Part shown: piece by piece, positions 40,764 through 50,677 of the stretch
Layout: the number at the start of each line of letters is the position of its first letter
How positions within the stretch are numbered: position 1 is the first letter of the stretch
Assembly (NCBI GenBank): GCA_964291495.2
Contig: OZ219872.1
Location: forward strand, 640,001-704,000
DNA: 64,000 nucleotides
Direction: 5' to 3'
Source of the DNA: Dehalococcoidia bacterium
GTDB taxonomy: Bacteria > Chloroflexota > Dehalococcoidia > UBA2979
Position numbers and translations under genes: made by a program
Notes under the pieces: model-generated
Database searches by the model: none
The model's input: the letters and a program-made list of their open reading frames with translations, nothing else
What the model was told of the DNA's origin: nothing

Positions 40764-42106
40764 GACGGGCGATCGCCCTCCGCAGTCCGGTCTACTACGG
40801 GTGGGTGATCCTCATACTCGGGATTCTCTGCTCCGGCGTCGCGGCCGCCACGATGTTCTGGACCGTCACGATCTACATCCCCGCGCTCGCCGAGCAGTTC
40901 GCCGTGGACGGAGAAGCCCGGCGCTTCCCCGTGCTCGTCGCGTTCATGCTGGGCTCGCTGATCTCCGCGATCGCCGGGCCGCTGGCCGGCCGCTGGATGG
41001 ACACGCGCGGCGCGCGGGAGACGATCCTCGTCGGGTCCGGGATGGCCGCCGTGGCGCTGCTGGCGACCTCCCGGGCCGACGAGCTGTGGCAGGTCGGCCT
41101 GGGCTGGGCGGTCGTCAGCATCGGCCGTTCGATGGTTTTCCCGGTCGGCTACAGCTGGCTGGTGACACGCTGGTTCCTGCGGCGCCGCCAGATGGCGCTC
41201 GGCACGCTGACGGTCGGCTTCGGCATCGCCGGCGTCGGCGTACTCCCGCTCTCGATGATCGAGGAGCACTGGGACTGGTCGGCGGTGATGGTGACCAGCG
41301 CCCTGCTGCTGCTGCTCGTCAACGGGTTGATCGCGCTGCTGTTGATCCACGACCGTCCCGCGAGCATCGGCGTCCAGGTCGAGGGGATGACGGAGAGCGA
41401 GGCGCAGTCCAGCCCCTCGGAGACCGTCGGGTTCACGATCGGGGAAGCGCTGCGATCGCCCGCGTTCTGGCTGCTCTCCGGCGCGTTCATGACCTTCTTC
41501 ATCGCGCCCGCGACCTTCTCCACGATCCAGCTCGACTTCTTCGAGACGAGCGGCGTGCAGCAGGCGGCGCTGGTGGTCGCGATCGGCGCGGCGGTGCGCG
41601 GATCCTCGCGGCTGCCGTTCGGGCTGCTGCTGGGGCGGATCCGCCGCACCTTCCTGCTCGCGATCGTGGTCGCGCTGACGCAGGTCGCAGCGATCGCGAC
41701 GGTAGTGATCTCCACGTCCACACCAAACCTGACCGTGTTCGTGCTGCTGTGGGGGCTCGGCGGCGCCTTCGTCCCGATGCTGGAGCCGACCCTGGTCAAT
41801 CGCACGTTCGGCCCGCGCCACTTCGGGACGATCGTCGGGGCGATGATGATGCTGATCTTCCCGGGCACGGCGCTCGGCCCGATTGCCGCCGGCGCGCTGT
41901 TCGACTCGACCGGCTCGTACCAGCTCGCGCTGACGCTGATGGTGGTTGTGGTGGCGACCTCGATCGCCTTCTTCACGCTCGCCGCGCTCGTCGTCAACGG
42001 CGAGCGCCACCGCCGCGCCGCCGCCGCACGGGGGTTGAGCAACTGGCCGCCCGGCGCTGCGGACGCACGCTACGATGACGTTCGAGCCGCCGATCCGCGC
42101 GCCTGA
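40760..42106 (+). CDS. MFS transporter (OFA/MCT-like); CTG start inferred
   Basis: YYGWVI, GRWMDTRGAR, RWFLRRR, about 12 TM helices. Confidence 0.88.
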   Translation: MRRAIALRSPVYYGWVILILGILCSGVAAATMFWTVTIYIPALAEQFAVDGEARRFPVLVAFMLGSLISAIAGPLAGRWMDTRGARETILVGSGMAAVALLATSRADELWQVGLGWAVVSIGRSMVFPVGYSWLVTRWFLRRRQMALGTLTVGFGIAGVGVLPLSMIEEHWDWSAVMVTSALLLLLVNGLIALLLIHDRPASIGVQVEGMTESEAQSSPSETVGFTIGEALRSPAFWLLSGAFMTFFIAPATFSTIQLDFFETSGVQQAALVVAIGAAVRGSSRLPFGLLLGRIRRTFLLAIVVALTQVAAIATVVISTSTPNLTVFVLLWGLGGAFVPMLEPTLVNRTFGPRHFGTIVGAMMMLIFPGTALGPIAAGALFDSTGSYQLALTLMVVVVATSIAFFTLAALVVNGERHRRAAAARGLSNWPPGAADARYDDVRAADPRA

Positions 42107-42117
42107 ACGGAGCCCGA

Positions 42118-42870
42118 ATGAGCGCCAGCCTGGAAGACCTCTTCGGCGGCCAGCCGCCCGCCGAGCCCGACCCGGACGAGGGCGAGCTGCGCCGCGCCCT
42201 TGTCGTGGCGGCGCACCCGGACGACGCCGACTTCGGCGCCGGCGGGACCGCGGCGCTGCTCGCCGGGGCGGGCTGGGAGGTCCGCTACCTCGTCGTCACC
42301 GACGGCTCGAAGGGCTCCGACGATCCCGCGTTCACGCCCGAAACCCTCGTCGCCGCGCGCGAGCGCGAGCAGCGCGAGGCCGCCCGCATCCTCGGCGTCG
42401 GCTCGGTTGTCTTCCTCGGCTTCACGGACGGCGAGCTGACCTACTCGCGCGAGCTGCTGGGCGCGGTCACGCGCGAGATCCGCGCCTTCCAGCCGTTCGC
42501 CGTCTACACCCACGACCCGGAGCCGGTGATCATCAACAACTCCTTCGTGAACCACAGCGATCACCGCATCAGCGGCCTCGCCGCCGTCGACGCCGTCTAC
42601 CCGACCGCCCGCGACCGCCTCAACTTCCCCGAGCAGATCGAGGACGGCCTGCCGACGCACAAGGTGCGCGAGCTGTTCCTCTGGGGCGCGAACGATCCGA
42701 CGGTGGACGTCGACATCTCCGGCGTGGTCGAGACGAAACTCGCGGGGCTGCTCGCGCACGTCAGCCAGTTCGGCGGACGCGAGGACTTCGTCGACCTGGT
42801 GCGCGAGCGCTGGCGCGAGGAGGACGGCCGCTACCTCGAGCGCTTCCGCCGCGTCGGCCTCTTCCGGTGA
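42118..42870 (+). CDS. PIG-L/LmbE family deacetylase
   Basis: AHPDD, TDGSKG, HSDH, AHVSQ. Confidence 0.93.
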   Translation: MSASLEDLFGGQPPAEPDPDEGELRRALVVAAHPDDADFGAGGTAALLAGAGWEVRYLVVTDGSKGSDDPAFTPETLVAAREREQREAARILGVGSVVFLGFTDGELTYSRELLGAVTREIRAFQPFAVYTHDPEPVIINNSFVNHSDHRISGLAAVDAVYPTARDRLNFPEQIEDGLPTHKVRELFLWGANDPTVDVDISGVVETKLAGLLAHVSQFGGREDFVDLVRERWREEDGRYLERFRRVGLFR

Positions 42871-42877
42871 CGGCCCG

Positions 42878-43432
42878 GTGGTGACGGAGGACCACGGCCA
42901 CGGCCACGAGACGGTCGAGGGGCCCGGCTACTGCCCGAACTGCGGGACCGCCCTCGAGGCAGCCTCGAGCACCGCGCCCGCTGCAGCGTCGGGCCGCCGT
43001 CCACCGGCCTGCCCTAACTGCGACTTCGTGCGCTGGGAGAACCCCAAGCTCGCCACGGGCGTGGTGATCGAGCAGGACGGCGCGATTCTGCTCGTGCGCC
43101 GCAACCACGACCCGATGTACGGCTTCTGGTCCTTCCCCTCCGGCTTCGTCGACCGCGGCGAGTCCGTGGAGGAGGCCGCACGGCGCGAAACCCTCGAGGA
43201 GGCGGGCGTCGAGGTCGAGATCGAGCGCCTGCTCGGCGTCTACAGCAGCTCGGGCGACCCGGTGGTCTTCATCGCCTGGTCAGGCCGGATCAGCGCCGGG
43301 ACGCCGCAGCCCGGCCCCGAGGCGCTGGAGGTCGGCTTCTTCCCGCCCGACGCGCTGCCCGACCTCGCCTTCCCCCACGACCCGGAGATCATCGAGGCGT
43401 GGCGGCGTGCGCGGGGGGAGCGCGAGCCGTAG
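42878..43432 (+). CDS. NUDIX hydrolase with N-terminal Zn ribbon
   Basis: CPNCG...CPNC; GFVDRGESVEEAARRETLEEAG. Confidence 0.93.
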   Translation: MVTEDHGHGHETVEGPGYCPNCGTALEAASSTAPAAASGRRPPACPNCDFVRWENPKLATGVVIEQDGAILLVRRNHDPMYGFWSFPSGFVDRGESVEEAARRETLEEAGVEVEIERLLGVYSSSGDPVVFIAWSGRISAGTPQPGPEALEVGFFPPDALPDLAFPHDPEIIEAWRRARGEREP

Positions 43433-43466
43433 GCTATCCGTACCCTATGGCGCGCAGGGAGTGACG

Positions 43467-43802
43467 ATGAAGATCGATCTCTACATCGCCCGTGGCGACG
43501 CGATCGCCGAGGAGGCGCTGACCGTGATCGCCGAGGGCGCCTCCAGCGCCGGGCTCGACGACGCCGCGATCGAGACGATCGAGGTCTCCTCGGACGACGA
43601 GGCGCGCGCGCTGCGTTGCCTCGGCTCGCCGACGATCCGCATCGAGGGCCTGGACATCGAGTACGGCGAGCGCGAGCCGCCGGAGACCACCTCCGGCGAG
43701 CGCTACTACAGCACGCCCGAGGGCTGGAACCGCCTGCCCACCGCCGGCATGGTCGCCTTCGCGATCCGCGAGGCGAGGGCGCGCCTTGGGGGCGGCTCAT
43801 GA
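43467..43802 (+). CDS. Thioredoxin-like small protein resembling the DF (seleno)protein family
   Basis: MKIDLY...EA..L.CLGSPTIRIEG.D...RYY. Confidence 0.7.
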   Translation: MKIDLYIARGDAIAEEALTVIAEGASSAGLDDAAIETIEVSSDDEARALRCLGSPTIRIEGLDIEYGEREPPETTSGERYYSTPEGWNRLPTAGMVAFAIREARARLGGGS

Positions 43803-44425
43803 GCGACACTGGTCGCCCGGAAGAGCAAGGCAGCAGCGACGCCCCCAGCGGCGGGAAGAAGCGCCGGCTGCGCGGACGCGGCTCCGCGCTCGGCGCGGGC
43901 GGTCTCGCCGAGCAGCTCAAGCGCCGCGCCGAGGCCGCAGCGGCCGACGCCGCCCCGCATGTGCGGGCGCTGGCCGAGCAGGCGCAACGCCTCGCCACGG
44001 AGGGGGCCGCCAACGTGCGCGAGGAGGCGGAGCGACGCCGCCCGGCCGCCGAGCAGGCCGCGAAGGACGCCCTGGAAGCCGTGCGCGAGGCAGCCGAGCG
44101 CGCGAAGCCCGAGGCGGAACGCCTCGCGCGCGAGGCCGTGCAGAAGGGCGAGGTCCTCGGCAAGGCGCTCAAGCCGCAGGTCTCGCGCGTCGCGCAGGAC
44201 GCCGCGGAGTACGCGCGCGAGCACGAGGACGAGCTGCGCAGCGCGGCCGGCAGCGCCGCGCGCACCGCCGCGCGGACGGCGGCCCGCGGCGCGACCCCGG
44301 CCCCGCTGCGCCCGGCCGTCGACGCCTTCGAGCACGAGCTGCGGCGCAACGAAGGCGAAGCCGCCCGCGAGGACGCAGCCGAGGCGAGCGACGGCGCGGA
44401 CGACACCGAAGCTCCGCCCGCGTAG
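43799..44425 (+). CDS. Ala/Glu/Arg-rich amphipathic helical protein
   Basis: ATG overlaps previous TGA; Pro-punctuated helical repeats. Confidence 0.7.
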   Translation: MSDTGRPEEQGSSDAPSGGKKRRLRGRGSALGAGGLAEQLKRRAEAAAADAAPHVRALAEQAQRLATEGAANVREEAERRRPAAEQAAKDALEAVREAAERAKPEAERLAREAVQKGEVLGKALKPQVSRVAQDAAEYAREHEDELRSAAGSAARTAARTAARGATPAPLRPAVDAFEHELRRNEGEAAREDAAEASDGADDTEAPPA

Positions 44426-44489
44426 CGCCAACATCAGGGCGCCCCGGCCCAATCACCGTGACCGCCCTCGGGGGCGTGACGGCCGGCGC

Positions 44490-44519
44490 TTGACGCAAGG
44501 CCGGAGCAGGGGATACGTT
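44490..44519 (+). promoter_or_regulatory. Sigma70-type promoter of lexA
   Basis: TTGACG-18 nt-TACGTT. Confidence 0.6.
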
Positions 44520-44524
44520 TGTTG

Positions 44525-44538
44525 CGAACATATGTACC
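44525..44538. promoter_or_regulatory. LexA (SOS) box
   Basis: CGAAC-ATAT-GTAC just downstream of the -10; matches GAAC-N4-GTTC with one change. Confidence 0.8.
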
Positions 44539-44586
44539 CGGCGGGCGCATGGGGGGCGCCCGGCGGGCGGGAGCGAGGTGGCTGGG

Positions 44587-45258
44587 ATGGCGGAGATGCA
44601 AGAGGGACGGGAAGCGGCGCGCGACCGCAGTTCCGGACTGTCCGACAAGCAACAGCGCATCCTCGACTTCCTGCGCTCGTTCCTGCTCGAAAAGGATTAC
44701 CCACCCTCGATTCGCGACATCCAGCAGGGCTGCGAGATCTCCTCCACCTCGGTCGTGGACTACAACCTCAAGCGCCTCGAGGAGCGCGGCTACATCCGGC
44801 GCGACCGCGAGGTCTCGCGCGCGATCGAGCTGCTCGACGGCACCGGACGGCGGCGCGGCAGCATGACCGTCCCGCTCGTGGGCGCGATCGCCGCCGGCTC
44901 ACCAATCCCGATGCCGCCGGACACGCTGCCGCCGGGCTACGAAGAGGTCGCCGTCACCGAGGCGCAGACCCGAGGGCGGCCCAACGCCTTCGCGCTGAAG
45001 GTCCAGGGCACCTCGATGATCGACGCGCTGATCGACGACGGGGACATCGTGATCCTCGAGCCGACGCAGAGCTGCGACGACGGCGACATGGTCGCCGTCT
45101 GGCTGCGCGACGAGAACGAGACGACGCTCAAGAAGTTCTTCCACGAGGGCAGCCGCATCCGCCTGCAGCCGATGAACTCGGCGATGGACCCGATCTACAC
45201 CTCGCCCGACAACGTCGAGGTGCAGGGCCGCGTCCTCTCCTCGATCCGCCTCTCGTAG
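44587..45258 (+). CDS. lexA: LexA repressor
   Basis: YPPSIRDI, IAAG cleavage site, VQGTSM, TLKK. Confidence 0.97.
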   Translation: MAEMQEGREAARDRSSGLSDKQQRILDFLRSFLLEKDYPPSIRDIQQGCEISSTSVVDYNLKRLEERGYIRRDREVSRAIELLDGTGRRRGSMTVPLVGAIAAGSPIPMPPDTLPPGYEEVAVTEAQTRGRPNAFALKVQGTSMIDALIDDGDIVILEPTQSCDDGDMVAVWLRDENETTLKKFFHEGSRIRLQPMNSAMDPIYTSPDNVEVQGRVLSSIRLS

Positions 45259-45294
45259 CGCCGGCGCCGCCGGCTCTCCGGCGCAACTCGCGCG

Positions 45295-45950
45295 TCGCCC
45301 GTGGGGGGCTGCGCCCCCCACACCCCCATCCCGGACGAGCACGCGCTGCGCGCGGCTCGGACCCGCCCACCCGCCCCGGATTCTCTTTCTTGTGGGGGCT
45401 TCGCCCCCACGCCCCCTCCGGCCCGCTCTCCCCGGGGAGCGGGCGGGGTGGGGGGATGAGCCCCGGGTGAGACAAGCTCCCAAGGGGCGGATCCGGTCCC
45501 CTCTCCCCGCGGGAGAGGGCGGAGGGTGAGGGAGGCGCACGCCGGACGCCCGACGAGCAATGGAGCCCCGAGGCCGCTCGCAAGTCTGCTGTGGGGGGCT
45601 CGAGCCCCCCACGCCCCCAGCTGCGGCGCTCGATTGCAACGCTCGAAGTCGGTCCGGTCCCCTCTCCCTGGGGAGAGGGCGGGGGTGAGGGGGAGAACTC
45701 CCGCGCCCCTTCGAAAGCCCCGACGGCGCAACGAAACTCCAGAGGGCGGATCCTCCCTCACCCTGACCCTCTCCCTCGGGGAGAGGGGACCGCAGGGGAT
45801 GCGCTCGCTGCCCGAGCGAGAGGGTTACGCAAAGGTCGCCCGCGCGGGACAAGGCGGAGGGTGAGGGAGGCGCACGCCGGACGTCCGAGGGGCAACGAGC
45901 TTCCGGAGCCTAGCGCGAGTCTGTTGTGGAGGCTTCGCTCCCACGCCCCC
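45295..45950. repeat. Cluster of modular palindromic repeats
   Basis: Several CCCTCTCCC/GGGAGAGGG and GTGGGGG..CCCCCAC hairpins between convergent lexA and holA. Confidence 0.88.
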
Positions 45951-46069
45951 TCGGTCCGGCGCTGCAACCGCCAACGGGAGCCAGTCGGGCTGTCCCCTGC
46001 GGGATCGGGCCAGCGAAGCCCGCACAAGACGGGCCGCGAGCTGCGCCCCGCCTCGCGCGGCGCGCCCGC

Positions 46070-47143
46070 CTAGCGCGCCCGCGCCCCCGGGCGCGCCCCG
46101 CCGCGCCGGGCGCGCGCGGCCCGCGGCAGGCTGGTAAGCAGCAGCTCGAGGGCGAGCACGTCCGCGTAGCGCCCGGTCTTGACCGCATGGTCCGCCGCCT
46201 CCACGGCGCGCAGCGCGCGCTCCGCGGCCGGCCGGCCGATCGCCTCCGCCTGCGTCACGAGGCGACCGAGCGGGTAGGGGTGCGTCACGCCGGTGGCGCG
46301 GCCGATCTCCTCGCGGCTCGCGCCCTGCTCGATCAGCTCGGCGGCGCGGATCAGGTTGCGCAGCTGGCGCGCGATCAGCGCCTGGAGGCGCCCGGGGTGC
46401 TCGGCGCCGCCCTCGATCAGCGCGCGCAGCCGCAGCAGCGCGCTCGGCGTGCGGCCCTCGACGGCGTCGTCGACGAGCGCGAAGACGTCCTCGTCGCGCG
46501 CGGCGGTGGTGAGCAAGTCGACGTCGGCGACCGAGACGGGACGCCCCCCGGCGTGGCGGGCGAGCTTGTCGAGCTCGTTGCTGAGCGCCCAGAGGTCCGC
46601 GCCGAGCAGCTCGCTCAGACGCTCCGCGGCGGCGTGCTCGAGCTCCGCGCCGATCCGCCGCGCGCGCTCGAGCAGCCAGGCGGCCACCTCGTTGCCGCCG
46701 CGGCCGTAGAGGCGCAGCGCCTCGAACTGCTGCACGTCGGCGCCCTCGAGGGCGCGCAGCGCGCGCAGCAGCGGCGAGCGGCCAAGCGTCGTGCGCGCCT
46801 CGCGCGTGGGGGCCGGCTCCAGCAGCACCAGGTGGTTCGTCTCCGGCAGCACCGGCAGCGCGTCCAGCAGCGGCTGCCAGTCGTCGGCGACGCCGCGGCC
46901 CGCGCCGAGCGAGACGATCAGGCCCTCGACGACGATCACGCGCGCGTTGGCGAGGAAGGGCACGGTCGAGGCCTGCCCGGCGAGCGCCTCGGGCGTGAGC
47001 CCGCGGACGGGCAGCTCCGCAGTGTTGAGATCGAGCATCCCATCCGTGTCGAGGCGGGCGCGCAGGGCGCGGTAGGCCTCGCGCAGGCGGAAGTCGTCCG
47101 AGTCGCGGTTGGCCTGCGTCGATCCGAGGTAGAGGTGCAGCAT
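46070..47143 (-). CDS. holA: DNA polymerase III subunit delta
   Basis: TVPFLANARVIVV, DLWALSNELDKL, VFALVD, ADHAVKTG. Confidence 0.88.
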   Translation of the reverse strand: MLHLYLGSTQANRDSDDFRLREAYRALRARLDTDGMLDLNTAELPVRGLTPEALAGQASTVPFLANARVIVVEGLIVSLGAGRGVADDWQPLLDALPVLPETNHLVLLEPAPTREARTTLGRSPLLRALRALEGADVQQFEALRLYGRGGNEVAAWLLERARRIGAELEHAAAERLSELLGADLWALSNELDKLARHAGGRPVSVADVDLLTTAARDEDVFALVDDAVEGRTPSALLRLRALIEGGAEHPGRLQALIARQLRNLIRAAELIEQGASREEIGRATGVTHPYPLGRLVTQAEAIGRPAAERALRAVEAADHAVKTGRYADVLALELLLTSLPRAARARRGGARPGARAR

Positions 47144-47155
47144 CGCGTCGCGTCC

Positions 47156-47419
47156 CTAATCGAGGTCCAGCCGCCAGCCGAGCCAGGCGGCGATCGTCGT
47201 CACCACGAGGATCACCGGGCCCGGCCAGAGCAGCTGCGCGAGGAACTCGCCGCCTCCACCGTCCTCGGCCGTCACCCCGCGATAGAGCGCCCAGAGCATG
47301 GCGACCGCGAGGCCGGGCAGCAGCAGCCACCAGTGGAACGAGGGCTGCCCGTCCTCGAGCAGCGGCGAGCGCAGCCGTCCCGGCTGCTCCTGCTGCTCGT
47401 CGTGCTGCTCGTCGGCCAT
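47156..47419 (-). CDS. Small two-TM hypothetical protein
   Basis: MADEQHDEQ... two hydrophobic helices, ends LGWRLDLD. Confidence 0.65.
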   Translation of the reverse strand: MADEQHDEQQEQPGRLRSPLLEDGQPSFHWWLLLPGLAVAMLWALYRGVTAEDGGGGEFLAQLLWPGPVILVVTTIAAWLGWRLDLD

Positions 47420-47510
47420 CGTGCGAGGCGTCCTCGGCGGGGAGGCGTCGGCGTACGCGCGCCCGATGCTACGAGGGCGGCGGCCCGCTTGCCACTGCGG
47501 AGACCGGATC

Positions 47511-48010
47511 CGATCCGGCTCCCTCTCCTGGGAGAGAGGGTGGGGGTGAGGGGGCTCGCCAGGCCGTCGCCTGCCTCGGAAGGCCGTTCCGCCCTCGTGC
47601 ACTCCGCGCCTCCCTCACTCTCCGCCCTCTCCCGCCAGGGGAGAGGGGACCGGATGTGGCCTCGGAAGTCTGGTGCGCCGATCCGGCTCCCTCTCCTGGG
47701 GGAGAGGGTGGGGGTGAGGGGGCTCGCCAGGCCGTCGCCTGCCTCGGAAGGCCGTTGCGCCCTCGTGCACTCCGCGCCTCCCTCACCCTCCGCCCTCTCC
47801 CGCCAGGGGAGAGGGGACCGGATGTGGCCTCGGAAGTCTGGTGCGCCGATCCGGCCCCCTCCTGGGGGAGAGGGTGGGGTGAGGGAGCTCGCCAGGCCGT
47901 CACCTGCCTCGGAAGGCTGTTGCGCCCTCGTGAACTCCGCGCCTCCCTCACCCTGCGCCCTCTCCCACGGGGAGAGGGGACCGGATCTGCCCTCGGAGGT
48001 TGGGTGCGCC
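47511..48010. repeat. Tandem array of three ~168-bp palindromic units
   Basis: Units begin CGATCCGGC at 47511, 47679 and 47847. Confidence 0.93.
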
Positions 48011-48019
48011 CTCGATGGT

Positions 48020-48260
48020 CCCGAGTGGGGGTGTGGGGGCGTACCCCCACGGAAGGGGGTGCGGGGCGGAGCCCCGCAGCCATTGAGGACGGGTGGGCGG
48101 GCGAGAGCCGCGCGCAGCGCGTGCTCGTCCGGGATGGGGGAATGGGGCGCAGCCCCCACAGGCAAGACGTACGCCTTCCCTCGAACGCTCGTTGCCCCTC
48201 GGACATCCGGCGTGCGCCTCCCTCACCCCCGCCCTCTCCCTCGGGGAGAGGGGGCCGGAG
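48020..48260. repeat. Palindromic repeat modules, inverted copies of the 45.3-45.9 kb modules
   Basis: 48091-48160 is the reverse complement of ~45301-45372; 48185-48230 of ~45858-45900. Confidence 0.85.
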
Positions 48261-48277
48261 CAGGAGTTGGCAGCTTG

Positions 48278-49045
48278 CTAGGGGAAGAGGTCGTCCCCGG
48301 CGGTGCGCACGATCTCGCGGGCCGAGCCCTCGCCGCGCTCGTAGGGGTAGCCGCGCACGATCACGACCGGGACGCCTTCGCTCTTCGGCATCGAGAGGCC
48401 GGCAGCGCCGGCGATCTCGTCGGCAGGACAGGGCGTGCTGACGCGCATGATGCGGCCATCGAGGTCCGGGAGTCCCTCCAGCGGTCGCAGCGGGCGCAGG
48501 CCCGCGAGGCCGATCGCGATGTTGGTCTGGCCCGTCCGCCAGGCGCGCCCGAACGTGTCGCTGACGATCACCGCCACCGCGACGCCGAGCCGCTCGCGCA
48601 CTGCGTCGCGGAAGGCGCGGGCCGAGGCATCCGGATCGACGGGCAGCAGCGAGATCAGGTCCGTGCCGCCGACGTTCGAGGCGTCGACGCCGCTGTTGGC
48701 GCAGACGAAGCCGTGGCGCGTCTCCGTGATCAGCACGCCCTTCATCTGGCGCACGATGCGCACCGACTCGCGCAGCACCGCCTCGGTCTGGCGCGGATCC
48801 TTGTCCCAGGCCTCGGACCACTCGAGCGCGAACGGTGACGGCTCGAACTCGTCGAGCGGCAGCACGCGCCCCTCCGCCTTGGAGACGATCCGCTGCGCGA
48901 CGACGATCGCGTCGCCATCGAGGAACGGCGTGCCCTGCGCGGCCGCGGCCTCGATCGCCAGCGCGGCGATGTCGTCGCCGTCCTCCACCAGCGGCATCCC
49001 GGCGACGCCGATCACGCGCACGTCGGGGTAGGCGGGGCCGCTCAC
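48278..49045 (-). CDS. cofE: Coenzyme F420-0:L-glutamate ligase
   Basis: IVSKAEG, ETRHGFVCANSGVDASN, SDTFGRAWR. Confidence 0.94.
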   Translation of the reverse strand: MSGPAYPDVRVIGVAGMPLVEDGDDIAALAIEAAAAQGTPFLDGDAIVVAQRIVSKAEGRVLPLDEFEPSPFALEWSEAWDKDPRQTEAVLRESVRIVRQMKGVLITETRHGFVCANSGVDASNVGGTDLISLLPVDPDASARAFRDAVRERLGVAVAVIVSDTFGRAWRTGQTNIAIGLAGLRPLRPLEGLPDLDGRIMRVSTPCPADEIAGAAGLSMPKSEGVPVVIVRGYPYERGEGSAREIVRTAGDDLFP

Positions 49046-49710
49046 TCGGGCAGTCCGAAGATCTCCACGTGGGTCTCGGCGCGGTGACGGACGTTGATGC
49101 CGATCAGCAGGATCGTCAGCCCCTCGACGAAGCGCGAGTAGCGCAGCGGACCGGCGTCGACGGCGCGCACGCCCTCGATCTCTTCGGCGAGGGCGAAGAC
49201 CGTGCGCTTCGCCTCCTCGTCACCGCCGGTCACGAGCACGTCGCCATGCACCGTCCGGTCGGGGTCGAGCAGGATCTCGGCGGAGAGGTTGTGGAAGGCG
49301 CCGATCACGCGCGAGTCGGGCAGCAGCGCAGCGGCCTCCTCGGTCGCCGAGCCGGCCTCGACCTCGACCGGGCGCGGGCCGCGCTCGAAGCGCACCGGCA
49401 CGACGGCGTCGACGACGATCTTGCCGGCGAGCGCGTCCGCGAGGTCGGCGAGCGTCGCGGCGTGGCCCTCGTAGGGCACGGTGACGACGACGATCTCCGC
49501 CTGCGCGACGGCGTCCGCGTTCGCCTCGCCGCTGATCTCGCCGAGCCCCTCGCGGCCCTCAAGACTCGCGCGCAGCTCGGCGGCGATGCTCTCGCCGCGG
49601 GCGGCGTCACGGCTGCCGATCACGACGTCGCGGCCGGAGAGCGCGAAACGCACGGCGAGGCCGCGGCCCTCGGGCCCGGTGCCGCCGATCAGGGCGATGG
49701 TGCGAGACAT
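49042..49710 (-). CDS. npdG: NADPH-dependent F420 reductase
   Basis: IGGTGPEGRGLA, IGSRD, AFHNLSA, VEGLT. Confidence 0.94.
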   Translation of the reverse strand: MSRTIALIGGTGPEGRGLAVRFALSGRDVVIGSRDAARGESIAAELRASLEGREGLGEISGEANADAVAQAEIVVVTVPYEGHAATLADLADALAGKIVVDAVVPVRFERGPRPVEVEAGSATEEAAALLPDSRVIGAFHNLSAEILLDPDRTVHGDVLVTGGDEEAKRTVFALAEEIEGVRAVDAGPLRYSRFVEGLTILLIGINVRHRAETHVEIFGLPE

Positions 49711-49885
49711 CGGCAGTCCTCGATTCCCTGGCGCCGGCCGCCGGCGGCGCCCGCCGGGCCGGCACGCGGAGCGCAGCGCGCCCGTGCCGCTCGTCGCTAC
49801 AATGAACCGCGCGAAGCCTACCGGCGGGCGGCGGCGGGCAGCAACCGGCCGCGCTCCCCCGCCGGCGCAGCGGGGAGCAACGGCG

Positions 49886-50676
<791 letters not shown>

Positions 50677-50677
<1 letters not shown>

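Noticed and set aside
47511-48010. CRISPR array
   Set aside because: Whole 168-bp units repeat; there are no unique spacers and no cas genes
44899-48838. Long ORFs across the repeat regions (e.g. 45926-48838, 47469-48821, 47272-48165)
   Set aside because: Products of GC-rich repeats with a period divisible by 3 and of antisense frames; no protein-like motifs
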